A stretch of 64,000 nucleotides of DNA, taken from positions 1 to 64,000 of IMG/VR virus record IMGVR_UViG_3300042922_000850; one strand, given 5' to 3'. This DNA is from a virus. The notes beneath the pieces are model-generated. The model saw nothing but the letters and a program-made list of their open reading frames with translations. It ran no database searches and was not told where the DNA came from. Each line of letters begins with the position of its first letter. The first letter of the stretch is position 1. Both the position numbers and the translations under genes were made by a program. Of this stretch, positions 9,803-19,012 are shown in pieces.

Positions 9803-10447
9803 CTATTCTCCTTTTGCATCAACGAGATCACCTATGTTTAATAGGATATCGTCTGCAACTTGAAGTGGACTTCTCTCTGAAAGGAAAGCTAATTTCTCAG
9901 CTTTGTCAGCAATGAATGAAGCAACCTTTTCATCGGGAAGATAAGAAAATACATAGTCAGTTAGGCTGTAGCCTTCTGATGCTAATTTCTCTTCAGCAAC
10001 TTCATAAGCAATCTTTGTTAATTCCTCTTCGCTGTATTCGGCTGCTGTCGTAACCTTTTCTTCTAATTCTTTAGCTTCAGGGTTAACGATCTCTTCTTTT
10101 TCAGCTTTGGTTTTTGCTTCTTCCGCTTCTTCAGAGCCAGTAGCATCTCTTTCGTCCTCAACTGGTTCACCATCTGCCTTTTCAGCGTTTTGAACAGCTA
10201 AGTCCTCTTTATCTGCTTCTCTTTCCTCCTGAGTATCTTCGGCAATTTTCTCCTCGATAGTTTGCGTGTTGACTGAAGCTTTCTTTTCATAAGCTATATT
10301 TAGCTCCTGTGCGAGGATTTCCATCTCATCCGTTGAAAAAGTATCGATCATCGACTCGATAACTTCGGTATTATTGGAAGCGGTTTTCTCAGAATAAAAA
10401 TCACCACCACCGATAATATCCTCATAAAAACTATTTCTTCTCTCCAT
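9803..10447 (-). CDS. Acidic scaffold-like protein with dense EKxA motifs
   Basis: EKTAS, EKKAS, EKIA, TKIA, EKLAS, EKVAS, EKLA; between protease and MCP. Confidence 0.6.
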   Translation of the reverse strand: MERRNSFYEDIIGGGDFYSEKTASNNTEVIESMIDTFSTDEMEILAQELNIAYEKKASVNTQTIEEKIAEDTQEEREADKEDLAVQNAEKADGEPVEDERDATGSEEAEEAKTKAEKEEIVNPEAKELEEKVTTAAEYSEEELTKIAYEVAEEKLASEGYSLTDYVFSYLPDEKVASFIADKAEKLAFLSERSPLQVADDILLNIGDLVDAKGE

Positions 10448-10474
10448 GTTTTAAACACTCCTTTCGGCTATATT

Positions 10475-12943
10475 TTATTTTAAAGGTTCTGTTGTTGGAA
10501 CAATGGCTGCTTCATTTTTAATCGCAGGGCTCGCTCCTTGTTTAGATTTGTTAAGCAGTTTTGTTAGAACAAAACTGTCAATCAGGTTGCCAGGAAAAGA
10601 AGCCAAGAGCGATGTTCCTCTCGGATTAAATAAAACATCTCCTGCGGCATTTGCTACCATCTGCTTATTAAATTCTGCGTCCGCAATCTTTTCAATTCCT
10701 ATTTTAATGCAATCGCTCGCTGTTTTCAAGTATTCTGCTAAATCTTCTTCTAATAAAGAGTGTTTATATAAAATATCATTAGCTACATCTTGTTTTTGCA
10801 TTGCCGTAAGAATACATGCTTGCTTAATTGCCCCGAGTTGATTTTCGGAGTAATGCTTCAACATCACAGAATCGATATCGCTATCTTTAAACATGTCACC
10901 ATTATATAATGAACTTTTGCCATTATCAAATAAAGCTGTTTTTTCTTGCTCATTCTCGTTCAAATTTGATGCGAACTTCTTATATAAGAAGTTATCCAGT
11001 GTATCAAGTCCACCTATATTTTTAGCTTTTAATTTACTCAGACCTTTCGCAACGGTTGGAGCGAAAGCTAATTGCAAAATAGCTGTACTCCCAGGGTTCT
11101 CTGCTGCAAAACGGTTAACTGTATTGACTCTTTCTCCATTATTTATTCTGGCTCTCTGAATTCCAGAATAAGCATATGCAGCCGGTATACCAATTAGTAT
11201 AGCTTTCCCACTACCCCAAGGTTTTTTTGATGCTGTTTTATATATATCGTTTCCATATATATCGCCAGCAAATTTACTAATCCCACTCTGCAGTTCGCCA
11301 TTCAAATAACTTGCAACCCTTTCATCCTGATATGTTGAGTACATCAGACCAGATAATATATAAGGCACTGTCGAAGCTACTTTGCTGATTGGTAGTTTAG
11401 ATTCGCTTCCTAATAATTTTACAGGAGCAAAATGGCTCATATTCCTCGGATTTAAAGTTGGTCCATTTTTAATCATCTTTTCCAATCTTGGGATTAAGTG
11501 ATTCCTATGCATGCTTCTTTCCGCCATTAAAGACTTAACGATATGGCTCATAATATCCATCTGCATCATATCATCATTCAGTGACGGTGCATTCTTCTTA
11601 ATTAAGACAATAGTGGATTTCATTTTTTGTAAAGAGTTTTCCGTATCCGGATTTAAAGCGGCTAAAATCTTGGTTTGGTTTGGTCCAAAACTCTCCAGTA
11701 TTGTTCTGAATAATGTCGGAAGATTCATATGCTCTTCCATAGAATTTCCGTTAATTATCTGGTCCATCTCTTCAGATAAACCACAGTTTTCAACCGACGG
11801 AATATTAAATTGTCTTAGGTCTGGTGTGACATCCCCCATTAAAGCACTCGAAATATCATGCAATTCAAGTGGAGTTAATTCGATACCTGCAAAGTTTAAG
11901 ACTTTGATAAATTGATCAAAGGCAGCTTCTAAAGGCATCGCTCTTTGTTCTGCCAGATATTTTATTTTCTTTGCAATTTCAAAACACTTTTCACGATCCC
12001 AGAAATTTTCGCCAAGAAGCTTCAAGGTTTCAGCCATAGCATCTGCATTTTCTTGTCTTTCTTGAATATATTCGCCTTTTGCAATATTTAAAATTTTACC
12101 TTGCAAATCTTTTTTTATCTCAGCAATTTTTTGAACGTATGCTTTTTTATCCATGGTTTTATACATATTCATATCAAGGTCAATTGTATCTACTGCGCTA
12201 GCTATTTTTTGGCCATGATGCTCCTCACTTGTTTCTTCTGTGAAAATGCTGCTAACAGATTCTTGAAAACTCGCAACTTTCTCTAACGATGTTTCCCCTT
12301 CTTCAAAAGCAACCTTACCATCAACAATCATAAGACCGATAACTTTAGCTGCTCTTTCTGCGCCGTTTAAAACAGCGGAGATATCGTGAAATTTTGGACC
12401 AATATTAATTTCATAGACCTTTCTTCCGTCGTCTAGAATTTTACCTCTTTGAAGTTTAATATGGTCACAGTATTCGTATTTTGTTTTTGCTTTATTCCCA
12501 CAAATAGAACAAACAGAGTGAGAAATTCTGCACCCCATAGAAACATCTGTCATGAACCCCTTTTCAAATCCGCGGACGATGGTTGGAGCGATTTTTCTAT
12601 CAATCCTAAGCAAAAGGTCTACGCCTTTCATTTTATCGTTCCATTCGGCAGTTAGCACATCGCCAATTGCATTTTTAATGTCTTTGTTTTCATGGTTCTT
12701 AAACGTGTGAGCTGTTAAAAACGTCATGTAAGAAGTTTTTAACTCGGCTTCTGGAAAGAAGTCAAAGTTTTTATTACACCCCCAAAATTCACCAGCGCTT
12801 ACGCCCCTAACCTTCATATAGAAAAAGTCGGGGTCATACACTACTCCGTTAGGAAGTTTGAGTGAAGCTGTTTTTAGCAAATCTCCGTCTAAAATTTCTA
12901 CCGCATCACGTCTTATTGTAAATGTCGTCATTTTATTAAACAT
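10475..12943 (-). CDS. Prohead (capsid maturation) protease with long C-terminal extension
   Basis: N.N.D.FP, FKNH, DVSMGC..CSICGN..CDH, F.DIS.V..GA pattern of phage serine prohead proteases; synteny. Confidence 0.75.
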   Translation of the reverse strand: MFNKMTTFTIRRDAVEILDGDLLKTASLKLPNGVVYDPDFFYMKVRGVSAGEFWGCNKNFDFFPEAELKTSYMTFLTAHTFKNHENKDIKNAIGDVLTAEWNDKMKGVDLLLRIDRKIAPTIVRGFEKGFMTDVSMGCRISHSVCSICGNKAKTKYEYCDHIKLQRGKILDDGRKVYEINIGPKFHDISAVLNGAERAAKVIGLMIVDGKVAFEEGETSLEKVASFQESVSSIFTEETSEEHHGQKIASAVDTIDLDMNMYKTMDKKAYVQKIAEIKKDLQGKILNIAKGEYIQERQENADAMAETLKLLGENFWDREKCFEIAKKIKYLAEQRAMPLEAAFDQFIKVLNFAGIELTPLELHDISSALMGDVTPDLRQFNIPSVENCGLSEEMDQIINGNSMEEHMNLPTLFRTILESFGPNQTKILAALNPDTENSLQKMKSTIVLIKKNAPSLNDDMMQMDIMSHIVKSLMAERSMHRNHLIPRLEKMIKNGPTLNPRNMSHFAPVKLLGSESKLPISKVASTVPYILSGLMYSTYQDERVASYLNGELQSGISKFAGDIYGNDIYKTASKKPWGSGKAILIGIPAAYAYSGIQRARINNGERVNTVNRFAAENPGSTAILQLAFAPTVAKGLSKLKAKNIGGLDTLDNFLYKKFASNLNENEQEKTALFDNGKSSLYNGDMFKDSDIDSVMLKHYSENQLGAIKQACILTAMQKQDVANDILYKHSLLEEDLAEYLKTASDCIKIGIEKIADAEFNKQMVANAAGDVLFNPRGTSLLASFPGNLIDSFVLTKLLNKSKQGASPAIKNEAAIVPTTEPLK

Positions 12944-13042
12944 TGATCGGGTTATCTCCTTTCAATTATTTTATTATCTAAGTATATCATACTTCCTATA
13001 TTATATTAAAATTCCGATGATATTTCCAGATTTTATTTTATA

Positions 13043-13530
13043 TGGACTTGTGATTTTATTATACTGACTTATAAAATTTTCGTGTCCAAAGATGGATTCA
13101 TTGGTAATCAAGGTGAATTGATTTTGCATGGACATGTAATTTTATTGTAAAAATTTGGATGTCCATGATATTTCGTTGATACATAAGGGTTTTATTAATT
13201 GTGGACATGAAATCATGGACATCTAGAAAACAACCCCCCCCCCTCTTTGAAAAAATTTTAATGGTTATTATGCTCTTCGCTTATTTTTGAAAAAAAATTT
13301 TTTCTCAAGGGATATATCTTTAAAGTAGATGTCCATTAATTTGGTTTTACCATAGCTACTATCATTATTATTATTTATATATATAATATAATAACTGAAT
13401 ATCAAGGGGATGGGCGAAATAGTCATTGTCAAATTATGTATTGACATAGCAAAATAATGGACTTTGACATGGACTTTGATGTGGACTTTGACATATTAAA
13501 ATGGACATATAGGGTGAAAAATGGACATAT
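13043..13530. repeat. TGGACAT/TGGACTT iteron-like repeats at a strand switch (origin-like region)
   Basis: About 12 direct and inverted copies, a C10 run, T/A runs and an AT-only stretch in a 667-bp intergenic gap. Confidence 0.65.
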
Positions 13531-13610
13531 AAATAAAAAACATTCATTGTACTAGAATAGTATAAGGAATATGATATAATAAAAACACACTATTAAAGGA
13601 GGTTTTTTAA

Positions 13611-14606
13611 ATGACAAATTTTGAAGACTTAGGAAGTGACACTAAATCTAATGAGAAAATGTTAGAACGCTATAAACAAAAAATAATGGAAAGCATGGGT
13701 GTTCCGGCAGAGATGTTATTAAACCACGCCGACCACGCACAAAACGCAGATAATGGTAGCATTGTAAAACAAACCACTCCCGGAGGCGGCTTATACGCAG
13801 GGGCAGACTTTGGGTTATCCGGTGGTGACCAATCTATCCTATCCAGAAATATCATCCATGCAGACAATATGTTTCCCGTTTACAGTCCAACTGATCTTTC
13901 TGAAGTTGCGGCTACCGCTGAATTAAAAAAGATATTCGAAGAAGTTCCTGACCACATGGATAAATATAATAAAGATACTTCTGAAGCAGACGAGAAACTA
14001 AAAAATATCAGTAATCTTAATGCAGACGTTCAAAAACCTGCAGGTCACCTTGGAAAGCTTGGGGAGAAGGATATTATTAAAAAAGGAAATCTGGTTATCC
14101 ATAAAAGAAATAATTCTAGCTACAGAAAATTGTGGGCCTATTTCTTAGACAGCGAAGGTGATGAATATTTTAAGACCATGGGCTATACAAAAGAAGATAT
14201 CATAAGAATTGGCTATAAAAAATTCATAGACGCTCATGATTGGATGACGATTGAGGATATAAAGAAATGGAAAACCGATGCAGTGCATATTATACCTTGT
14301 GTGCATTGTGGCGATGAGTTTGTAACCTACGAACTTGATATGGGTTTATGCGACGAGTGTAAAAAATTCTATGACATGGAAAGATTTGCGCTTACTTGCC
14401 AATTAAACGAATTACAGGAACCGGGTATATCCTTTGCGATTATTACAGGATTTGTTTACGATAATCTTTTTAGAGAGACTTTTCTCCATACAAATATAAA
14501 GGACGATGGTGGCGTTAAATATCTATATAAAAATGACAGAGGCGATATTCGTCCAGATGACTTTGACGGAGATACTATGGGTTTAGTACCGTTGCATAAA
14601 AAATAA
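13611..14606 (+). CDS. Hypothetical protein with CxxC...CxxC and short portal-, terminase- and RNAP-like motifs
   Basis: Strong RBS AAAGGAGG; see findings. Confidence 0.8.
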   Translation: MTNFEDLGSDTKSNEKMLERYKQKIMESMGVPAEMLLNHADHAQNADNGSIVKQTTPGGGLYAGADFGLSGGDQSILSRNIIHADNMFPVYSPTDLSEVAATAELKKIFEEVPDHMDKYNKDTSEADEKLKNISNLNADVQKPAGHLGKLGEKDIIKKGNLVIHKRNNSSYRKLWAYFLDSEGDEYFKTMGYTKEDIIRIGYKKFIDAHDWMTIEDIKKWKTDAVHIIPCVHCGDEFVTYELDMGLCDECKKFYDMERFALTCQLNELQEPGISFAIITGFVYDNLFRETFLHTNIKDDGGVKYLYKNDRGDIRPDDFDGDTMGLVPLHKK

Positions 14607-14644
14607 GGTCACTACAGTACATTTTAAGGAAAAATAAAAATATT

Positions 14645-14659
14645 GTATAAGTAATAAAA
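14645..14659 (+). promoter_or_regulatory. Conserved phage motif GTATAAGWRAKAAAA, copy 1
   Basis: gtataagtaataaaa, intergenic. Confidence 0.7.
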
Positions 14660-14669
14660 CAAGAAATTG

Positions 14670-14699
14670 TAATAGCGGCATAAATTTATGCCGCTATTA
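14670..14699. repeat. 30-bp perfect palindrome
   Basis: taatagcggcataaa|tttatgccgctatta. Confidence 0.85.
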
Positions 14700-14701
14700 T
14701 T

Positions 14702-15367
14702 TTGAAGAAAGGAGGTTTAAAAGCTATGAGAACGATTTATGGTTTAAAAATGTTTACCTTGGAAGATATCACTGGTAAAACAGGAGGTAGGCCATCAGTA
14801 TGTAATCTATTAAAGGAGGACCCATCTATATTAGACCGGTTTGAAGATGGTGAAAAAATGGTTGTCGACACAGGGTTACATCAAAATTTTACAGTTTACA
14901 ATATGGCAAAATGTTTAAAGTTTGTTTTTGTGTCAATTGATTTATTTGAAGAAAAGCTTATACTAGATAATTTTACTTCTAACATAAGCGATGTATTAAA
15001 GATGCTTACTACCGTAAGCCGTACGGAGAAAGTTGAGCGGATAATAAATAAGCATATTGATAGTTATGAAAAATATTCAAACAAGTATTCCGGAGAGGCC
15101 TTACTTAAAGAGCCTTGTTTTATGTTCGTCTTTGACAACGACACAAACAAATTAGTTGACGTTTATACGGCAATACCAGGGGAAGTAATCTATTGTCTAT
15201 CAAAGCCCATTGAATACGAATGTAGTGTGTGCGGAAAAATAGAGCAGACAGAGAATACTTCATTCAATAATTTTTTACCAAAAATGTATTATAAGTCATC
15301 CGAAAAAGAAATTGATTATCGGTGTGAAGACCACAAAGAACATGATTATTCTCACGTAGGAGAATAA
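14702..15367 (+). CDS. Hypothetical protein (C-terminal CxxC...CxxH)
   Basis: GAAAGGAGG RBS suggests the true start is the internal ATG (MRTIYG). Confidence 0.7.
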   Translation: MKKGGLKAMRTIYGLKMFTLEDITGKTGGRPSVCNLLKEDPSILDRFEDGEKMVVDTGLHQNFTVYNMAKCLKFVFVSIDLFEEKLILDNFTSNISDVLKMLTTVSRTEKVERIINKHIDSYEKYSNKYSGEALLKEPCFMFVFDNDTNKLVDVYTAIPGEVIYCLSKPIEYECSVCGKIEQTENTSFNNFLPKMYYKSSEKEIDYRCEDHKEHDYSHVGE

Positions 15368-15400
15368 ATCCATTTCCTATCAATTTTTAGAAAAAACCCC

Positions 15401-15429
15401 TTGTCAAGATAAAAAAAGATTGATAAAAT
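15401..15429 (+). promoter_or_regulatory. SigA-type promoter TTGTCA-17-TAAAAT with extended -10 TG
   Basis: Near-consensus, upstream of HU gene. Confidence 0.55.
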
Positions 15430-15436
15430 AAGTGTG

Positions 15437-15451
15437 GTATAAGAAATAAAA
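15437..15451 (+). promoter_or_regulatory. Conserved phage motif, copy 2
   Basis: gtataagaaataaaa. Confidence 0.7.
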
Positions 15452-15509
15452 CAGCGGGAGAAACCTTTCCGTTGATAATAAATTATTTTAATTCAAGGAG
15501 GCCAACAAT

Positions 15510-15854
15510 ATGGCGAATTTCACACACTCAGAACTTAAAGACTGGGTAGCAGACAATTATGTATTAGAGACAAAGAAAGAGAATGGGCAAGAAGTAGAAG
15601 TAAAGTTAACAAAGAAGCAGGCTGATGATTTATTGAAATTAATTTTCGGCAAAGTAACTGCAGAAGTAACAAAGGGTAATGATGTAAAAATGCTGGGCAT
15701 TGGAACAGCAAAGAGAAATAAGAGAGAAGCTAAAATGGGCAGAAATCCTATAACAAAAGAGACACTTCCGATCCCTGCACATTATGCTTTAAAATTGGAT
15801 GCTGAGAAATCAGTAAAAGATTCTTTAAAAGCTCTTCCAATCGAAGCTGAGTAA
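15510..15854 (+). CDS. hup: HU-family DNA-binding protein
   Basis: V.MLGIGT...R.A.MGRNP.TKE.L.IPA signature. Confidence 0.9.
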   Translation: MANFTHSELKDWVADNYVLETKKENGQEVEVKLTKKQADDLLKLIFGKVTAEVTKGNDVKMLGIGTAKRNKREAKMGRNPITKETLPIPAHYALKLDAEKSVKDSLKALPIEAE

Positions 15855-15927
15855 CAAATTGGTTATAACAAAGTAAACAGAGTATATGCAAAGTAAACAG
15901 AGTAAAAAAAGAAGGGGGCCAATTAAA

Positions 15928-16785
15928 ATGGCAGCAGAAAAAGAAGAAAAGAAAGATTTACCAGTAGGTAACGCAACATTTAGTTTTGACGCATTTAGTG
16001 AATTCGCAACAGAAAGTGGTGTTACCGGTCTAGAAGTATTAGACAACACCGACCTTAAACTTCCTAAGTTTAAAATTGTTCAGATGACCTCTGAAGAATT
16101 TACCAAGGATAACATTACTCCTGGTAAATTCTATAACACAGTAACAAAGGAAAGCTTTGATACATTAGAGTGCATTTTACTTGCTGTAGGCAAAAGCAGA
16201 GTTATGTGGCCGGCACAGTTTAAGCGTGGAGATAAACCGTTGTGCAGATCTTTTGATGGCAAAGAAAAAACTGAAGGCTGTGGCGATGGGGTTTGCTCAT
16301 CATGTCAGTACTCACAATGGCCAAAGGATGATAGCAAGGGTAAAGACAACAAACCGCCGTGCACAATGGGTTATGTATGGCTTGCGATGGATAGTGAGAA
16401 CCATCCATTCCGTTTGTCAGCACAAGGATCTTCTGTTTCTCCTACCAAGGATTTCTTAAACGCAATCGCGCCGAAACTCCGCAGAGGTAAAAAACAACTT
16501 GGTATCTTTATATTTAAGATGGCTCTTACCACTGAAAAGTTAAGTAATGATAAAGGAACCTATTATGTTCTGAAGTATAATGAACCAATCGGAACAATTG
16601 ATCCTGCTGATTACAAGACCGTGGAGGAAATGAGTGATAGCCTTCGTGCAATCTTCCTTCAGGCTATCGACAAAGATACTGCAACAATGGATGCAGCAGA
16701 TTATGGCGACGGAGATGCTGCATCAGATGGCGCTGCACCGGATGCCGCAGTAGACGGCAAACCAGGCAACAGCGTTTTGTTCTAA
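15928..16785 (+). CDS. Putative ssDNA-binding/annealing protein
   Basis: LKLP..KIVQ..S, four Cys, acidic tail ending in Phe; start at MAAEK after AGGGGG RBS. Confidence 0.5.
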   Translation: MAAEKEEKKDLPVGNATFSFDAFSEFATESGVTGLEVLDNTDLKLPKFKIVQMTSEEFTKDNITPGKFYNTVTKESFDTLECILLAVGKSRVMWPAQFKRGDKPLCRSFDGKEKTEGCGDGVCSSCQYSQWPKDDSKGKDNKPPCTMGYVWLAMDSENHPFRLSAQGSSVSPTKDFLNAIAPKLRRGKKQLGIFIFKMALTTEKLSNDKGTYYVLKYNEPIGTIDPADYKTVEEMSDSLRAIFLQAIDKDTATMDAADYGDGDAASDGAAPDAAVDGKPGNSVLF

Positions 16786-16794
16786 TATATTTCC

Positions 16795-16834
16795 TTAATT
16801 ATATCTATGGCCACGTGGCCATAGATATAATTAA
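16795..16834. repeat. 40-bp perfect palindrome
   Basis: ttaattatatctatggccac|gtggccatagatataattaa. Confidence 0.85.
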
Positions 16835-16851
16835 TTAAAATTGTTTCGGAG

Positions 16852-17571
16852 GTGCATAATCATATGTCGGCAAAAATAATCTTTTTAGAGGGCCCTAACT
16901 ATTGTGGGAAATCTACTATAACAAAAGCACTAACTGAGATATTAGACAATGAGGGACGTAGCTTTTACACAACATACGAACCCGGTGGCAATGTTATCGG
17001 AGACGGAATTAGAACATTACTTTTAAGTAAAGAAATTAATGATAAATGTGAAATGGATTATACCTGCAGGAGACTTTTGTATGCTGCGAGCCATTCACAA
17101 ATGCTTTCTGAATTTAGGGTAAAACTCAACGATTACGACTACATAATCGTTGATAGGTATAATCCGTTGTCCGACTTAATATATGGCCCAATGGATGAAT
17201 CTGATCCGGTGGCTCATATGAAAAAGATGATTAAGTCAGAGAATATTTTTTCTGTCTTTGACAATGATTTTATAAAAGATATATCGGCTCTCGTCTTTTT
17301 AGATATATCTGAAGACACAATGAAAGTAAGAGAAGCAACAAGAAATACCACGGAAAATAAAATTTATGATTATAAAGGGTGGCAATTTAAACAGACGATA
17401 CGCGATAGATATGAGTATCTATCAAATGATCTAATAAATAATTTAGATTGTCCGTACAAAAGCTTTGCCCCTATAAAAAATATATTCATGGTAGATGCGA
17501 ACGGAGAAGCAAAAGAAGTTGCGAGAAAAATAATGGATCTGTTATCACAGGAGGGAATGCATGCAAATTAG
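16852..17571 (+). CDS. tmk: Thymidylate (dTMP) kinase
   Basis: IFLEG...CGKST P-loop, EPG and DRY motifs. Confidence 0.9.
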   Translation: MHNHMSAKIIFLEGPNYCGKSTITKALTEILDNEGRSFYTTYEPGGNVIGDGIRTLLLSKEINDKCEMDYTCRRLLYAASHSQMLSEFRVKLNDYDYIIVDRYNPLSDLIYGPMDESDPVAHMKKMIKSENIFSVFDNDFIKDISALVFLDISEDTMKVREATRNTTENKIYDYKGWQFKQTIRDRYEYLSNDLINNLDCPYKSFAPIKNIFMVDANGEAKEVARKIMDLLSQEGMHAN

Positions 17572-18187
17572 AGTTGATGGGGAAAAAACACTCCGTTTTA
17601 TTAATAATTGGTCACGCGAAGTAAGAGCATTAATTACCCAAAAAGGTTTTTCTATAGATAAAGCAGATCTTGAGGAAAAAATCGTTTTGTTACATACCGA
17701 AGTCGCGGAACTCTCCGACGCATTTAAAAAGGGAAAAGGGGCACGAGACGAGGGTCAGGAAGTGGCTGATATCCTCATCCGTTTAATGAATATCCCTTGT
17801 ATGTTTGAAGAAATCGTTACTGAAGCAAGGGCTTTACTGAAACAAAAAGAAATTGTTGGCGAAAATTACTATCTTTCTTCCAATGTAGACGTTGGAGTTT
17901 GTCGTGAAATCACCACTGTTAAAAATCCATACACTCTCACTTTCTGTTTGCATGAGAGAGTGACATATCTGGGAAACATATGTTTTGATTATTTGCATAA
18001 CGGAAGTCCAAGAATGGGCTTGCTGAGCATTCTTGAATGCATACAAGTTATCATTGCCCTTTGCGAGATTTATTCGAAACAGTTCTTAGGTAGCACTGAT
18101 ATCGAATTCCTTGTGTCTGAGAAAATGCATTTTAATTGGTCACGACCCTATCGTTATAACACTGACCCGAAAATATTTCAGGCTTAG
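17561..18187 (+). CDS. MazG-like NTP pyrophosphohydrolase
   Basis: LLHTEVAELSDAFKK...EVADILIR; terminal KM.FN..RPY. Confidence 0.75.
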   Translation: MQIRVDGEKTLRFINNWSREVRALITQKGFSIDKADLEEKIVLLHTEVAELSDAFKKGKGARDEGQEVADILIRLMNIPCMFEEIVTEARALLKQKEIVGENYYLSSNVDVGVCREITTVKNPYTLTFCLHERVTYLGNICFDYLHNGSPRMGLLSILECIQVIIALCEIYSKQFLGSTDIEFLVSEKMHFNWSRPYRYNTDPKIFQA

Positions 18188-18207
18188 AGAAGGGATGTGA
18201 CTGTGTA

Positions 18208-18996
18208 ATGGCTAACCGACCATGGGAAAAATCAGATGTGCAGTTTTTAAGAGATAAATGGGGAGAAATGAGTATTGCGAGAATTGCGAAGAAACTAAAT
18301 CGCACTGTAAATGCAGTTAAGGTTAAGGCTATCAGAGAGAATTTAACAAATGCTCTAAACCACCTTGACGGAGTTACATTAAATCAGCTCGCAAAAGTAT
18401 TCGGCGTTAGTTACGGATGGATAATTAAAGAGATATGGATTGACCAATTAAACATTCCGTTTAAAACAAAAATTACAGCCCAAACAAAAGCCTATCGATA
18501 TATCTGCATCGATGATTTTTGGAAATGGGCTGCAAAAAATAAACATCGTATTAACTTTTCTAAATTAGAAGAAAATATACTCGGGAAAGAACCTGTCTGG
18601 GTTGCTGAAAAAAGAAAGGCTGACCAGCAGAATTTGACGTATAAAAAAACGAGTATCATGTGGTCTAAGTACGAAGATAGTTTGTTAAAAATGATGCTTA
18701 TAAGATACAAGTATACTTACCCTCAAATATCAAAGCGCCTTGGAAGAACGGAAGGTGCAATTAAAATACACATTAAAAATCTCGGTTGGCCAGAACGCCC
18801 AGTTAAGACGGAAGGCAATGTCAGGTGGTCTGATGAAGAAATAAATAAGTTAATTGAAATGAAAAACTTAGGGTATGGTAATAATTCCATCGGTGATGAA
18901 ATAAATCGTACAGCACGAGCCGTGGAGCACAAATTGTATTATATTTCTAAAGACGCCAGATTTAAGCAAAGATTAGCTGAACATTTAAGACGATAA
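18208..18996 (+). CDS. Multi-repeat Myb/HTH-like DNA-binding protein
   Basis: Three W-x(6)-L...I...L.RT..A(V/I) repeats. Confidence 0.65.
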   Translation: MANRPWEKSDVQFLRDKWGEMSIARIAKKLNRTVNAVKVKAIRENLTNALNHLDGVTLNQLAKVFGVSYGWIIKEIWIDQLNIPFKTKITAQTKAYRYICIDDFWKWAAKNKHRINFSKLEENILGKEPVWVAEKRKADQQNLTYKKTSIMWSKYEDSLLKMMLIRYKYTYPQISKRLGRTEGAIKIHIKNLGWPERPVKTEGNVRWSDEEINKLIEMKNLGYGNNSIGDEINRTARAVEHKLYYISKDARFKQRLAEHLRR

Positions 18997-19012
18997 GACA
19001 AGGAGAATAATA

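Noticed and set aside
13043-13530. TGGACAT repeats as CRISPR or tRNA
   Set aside because: Repeats are only 7-14 bp, in both orientations, irregularly spaced; no cloverleaf seen
13560-13574. GTATAAGGAATATGA as a ninth copy of the phage motif
   Set aside because: Only the first half matches; an adjacent TGATATAAT extended -10 explains the site
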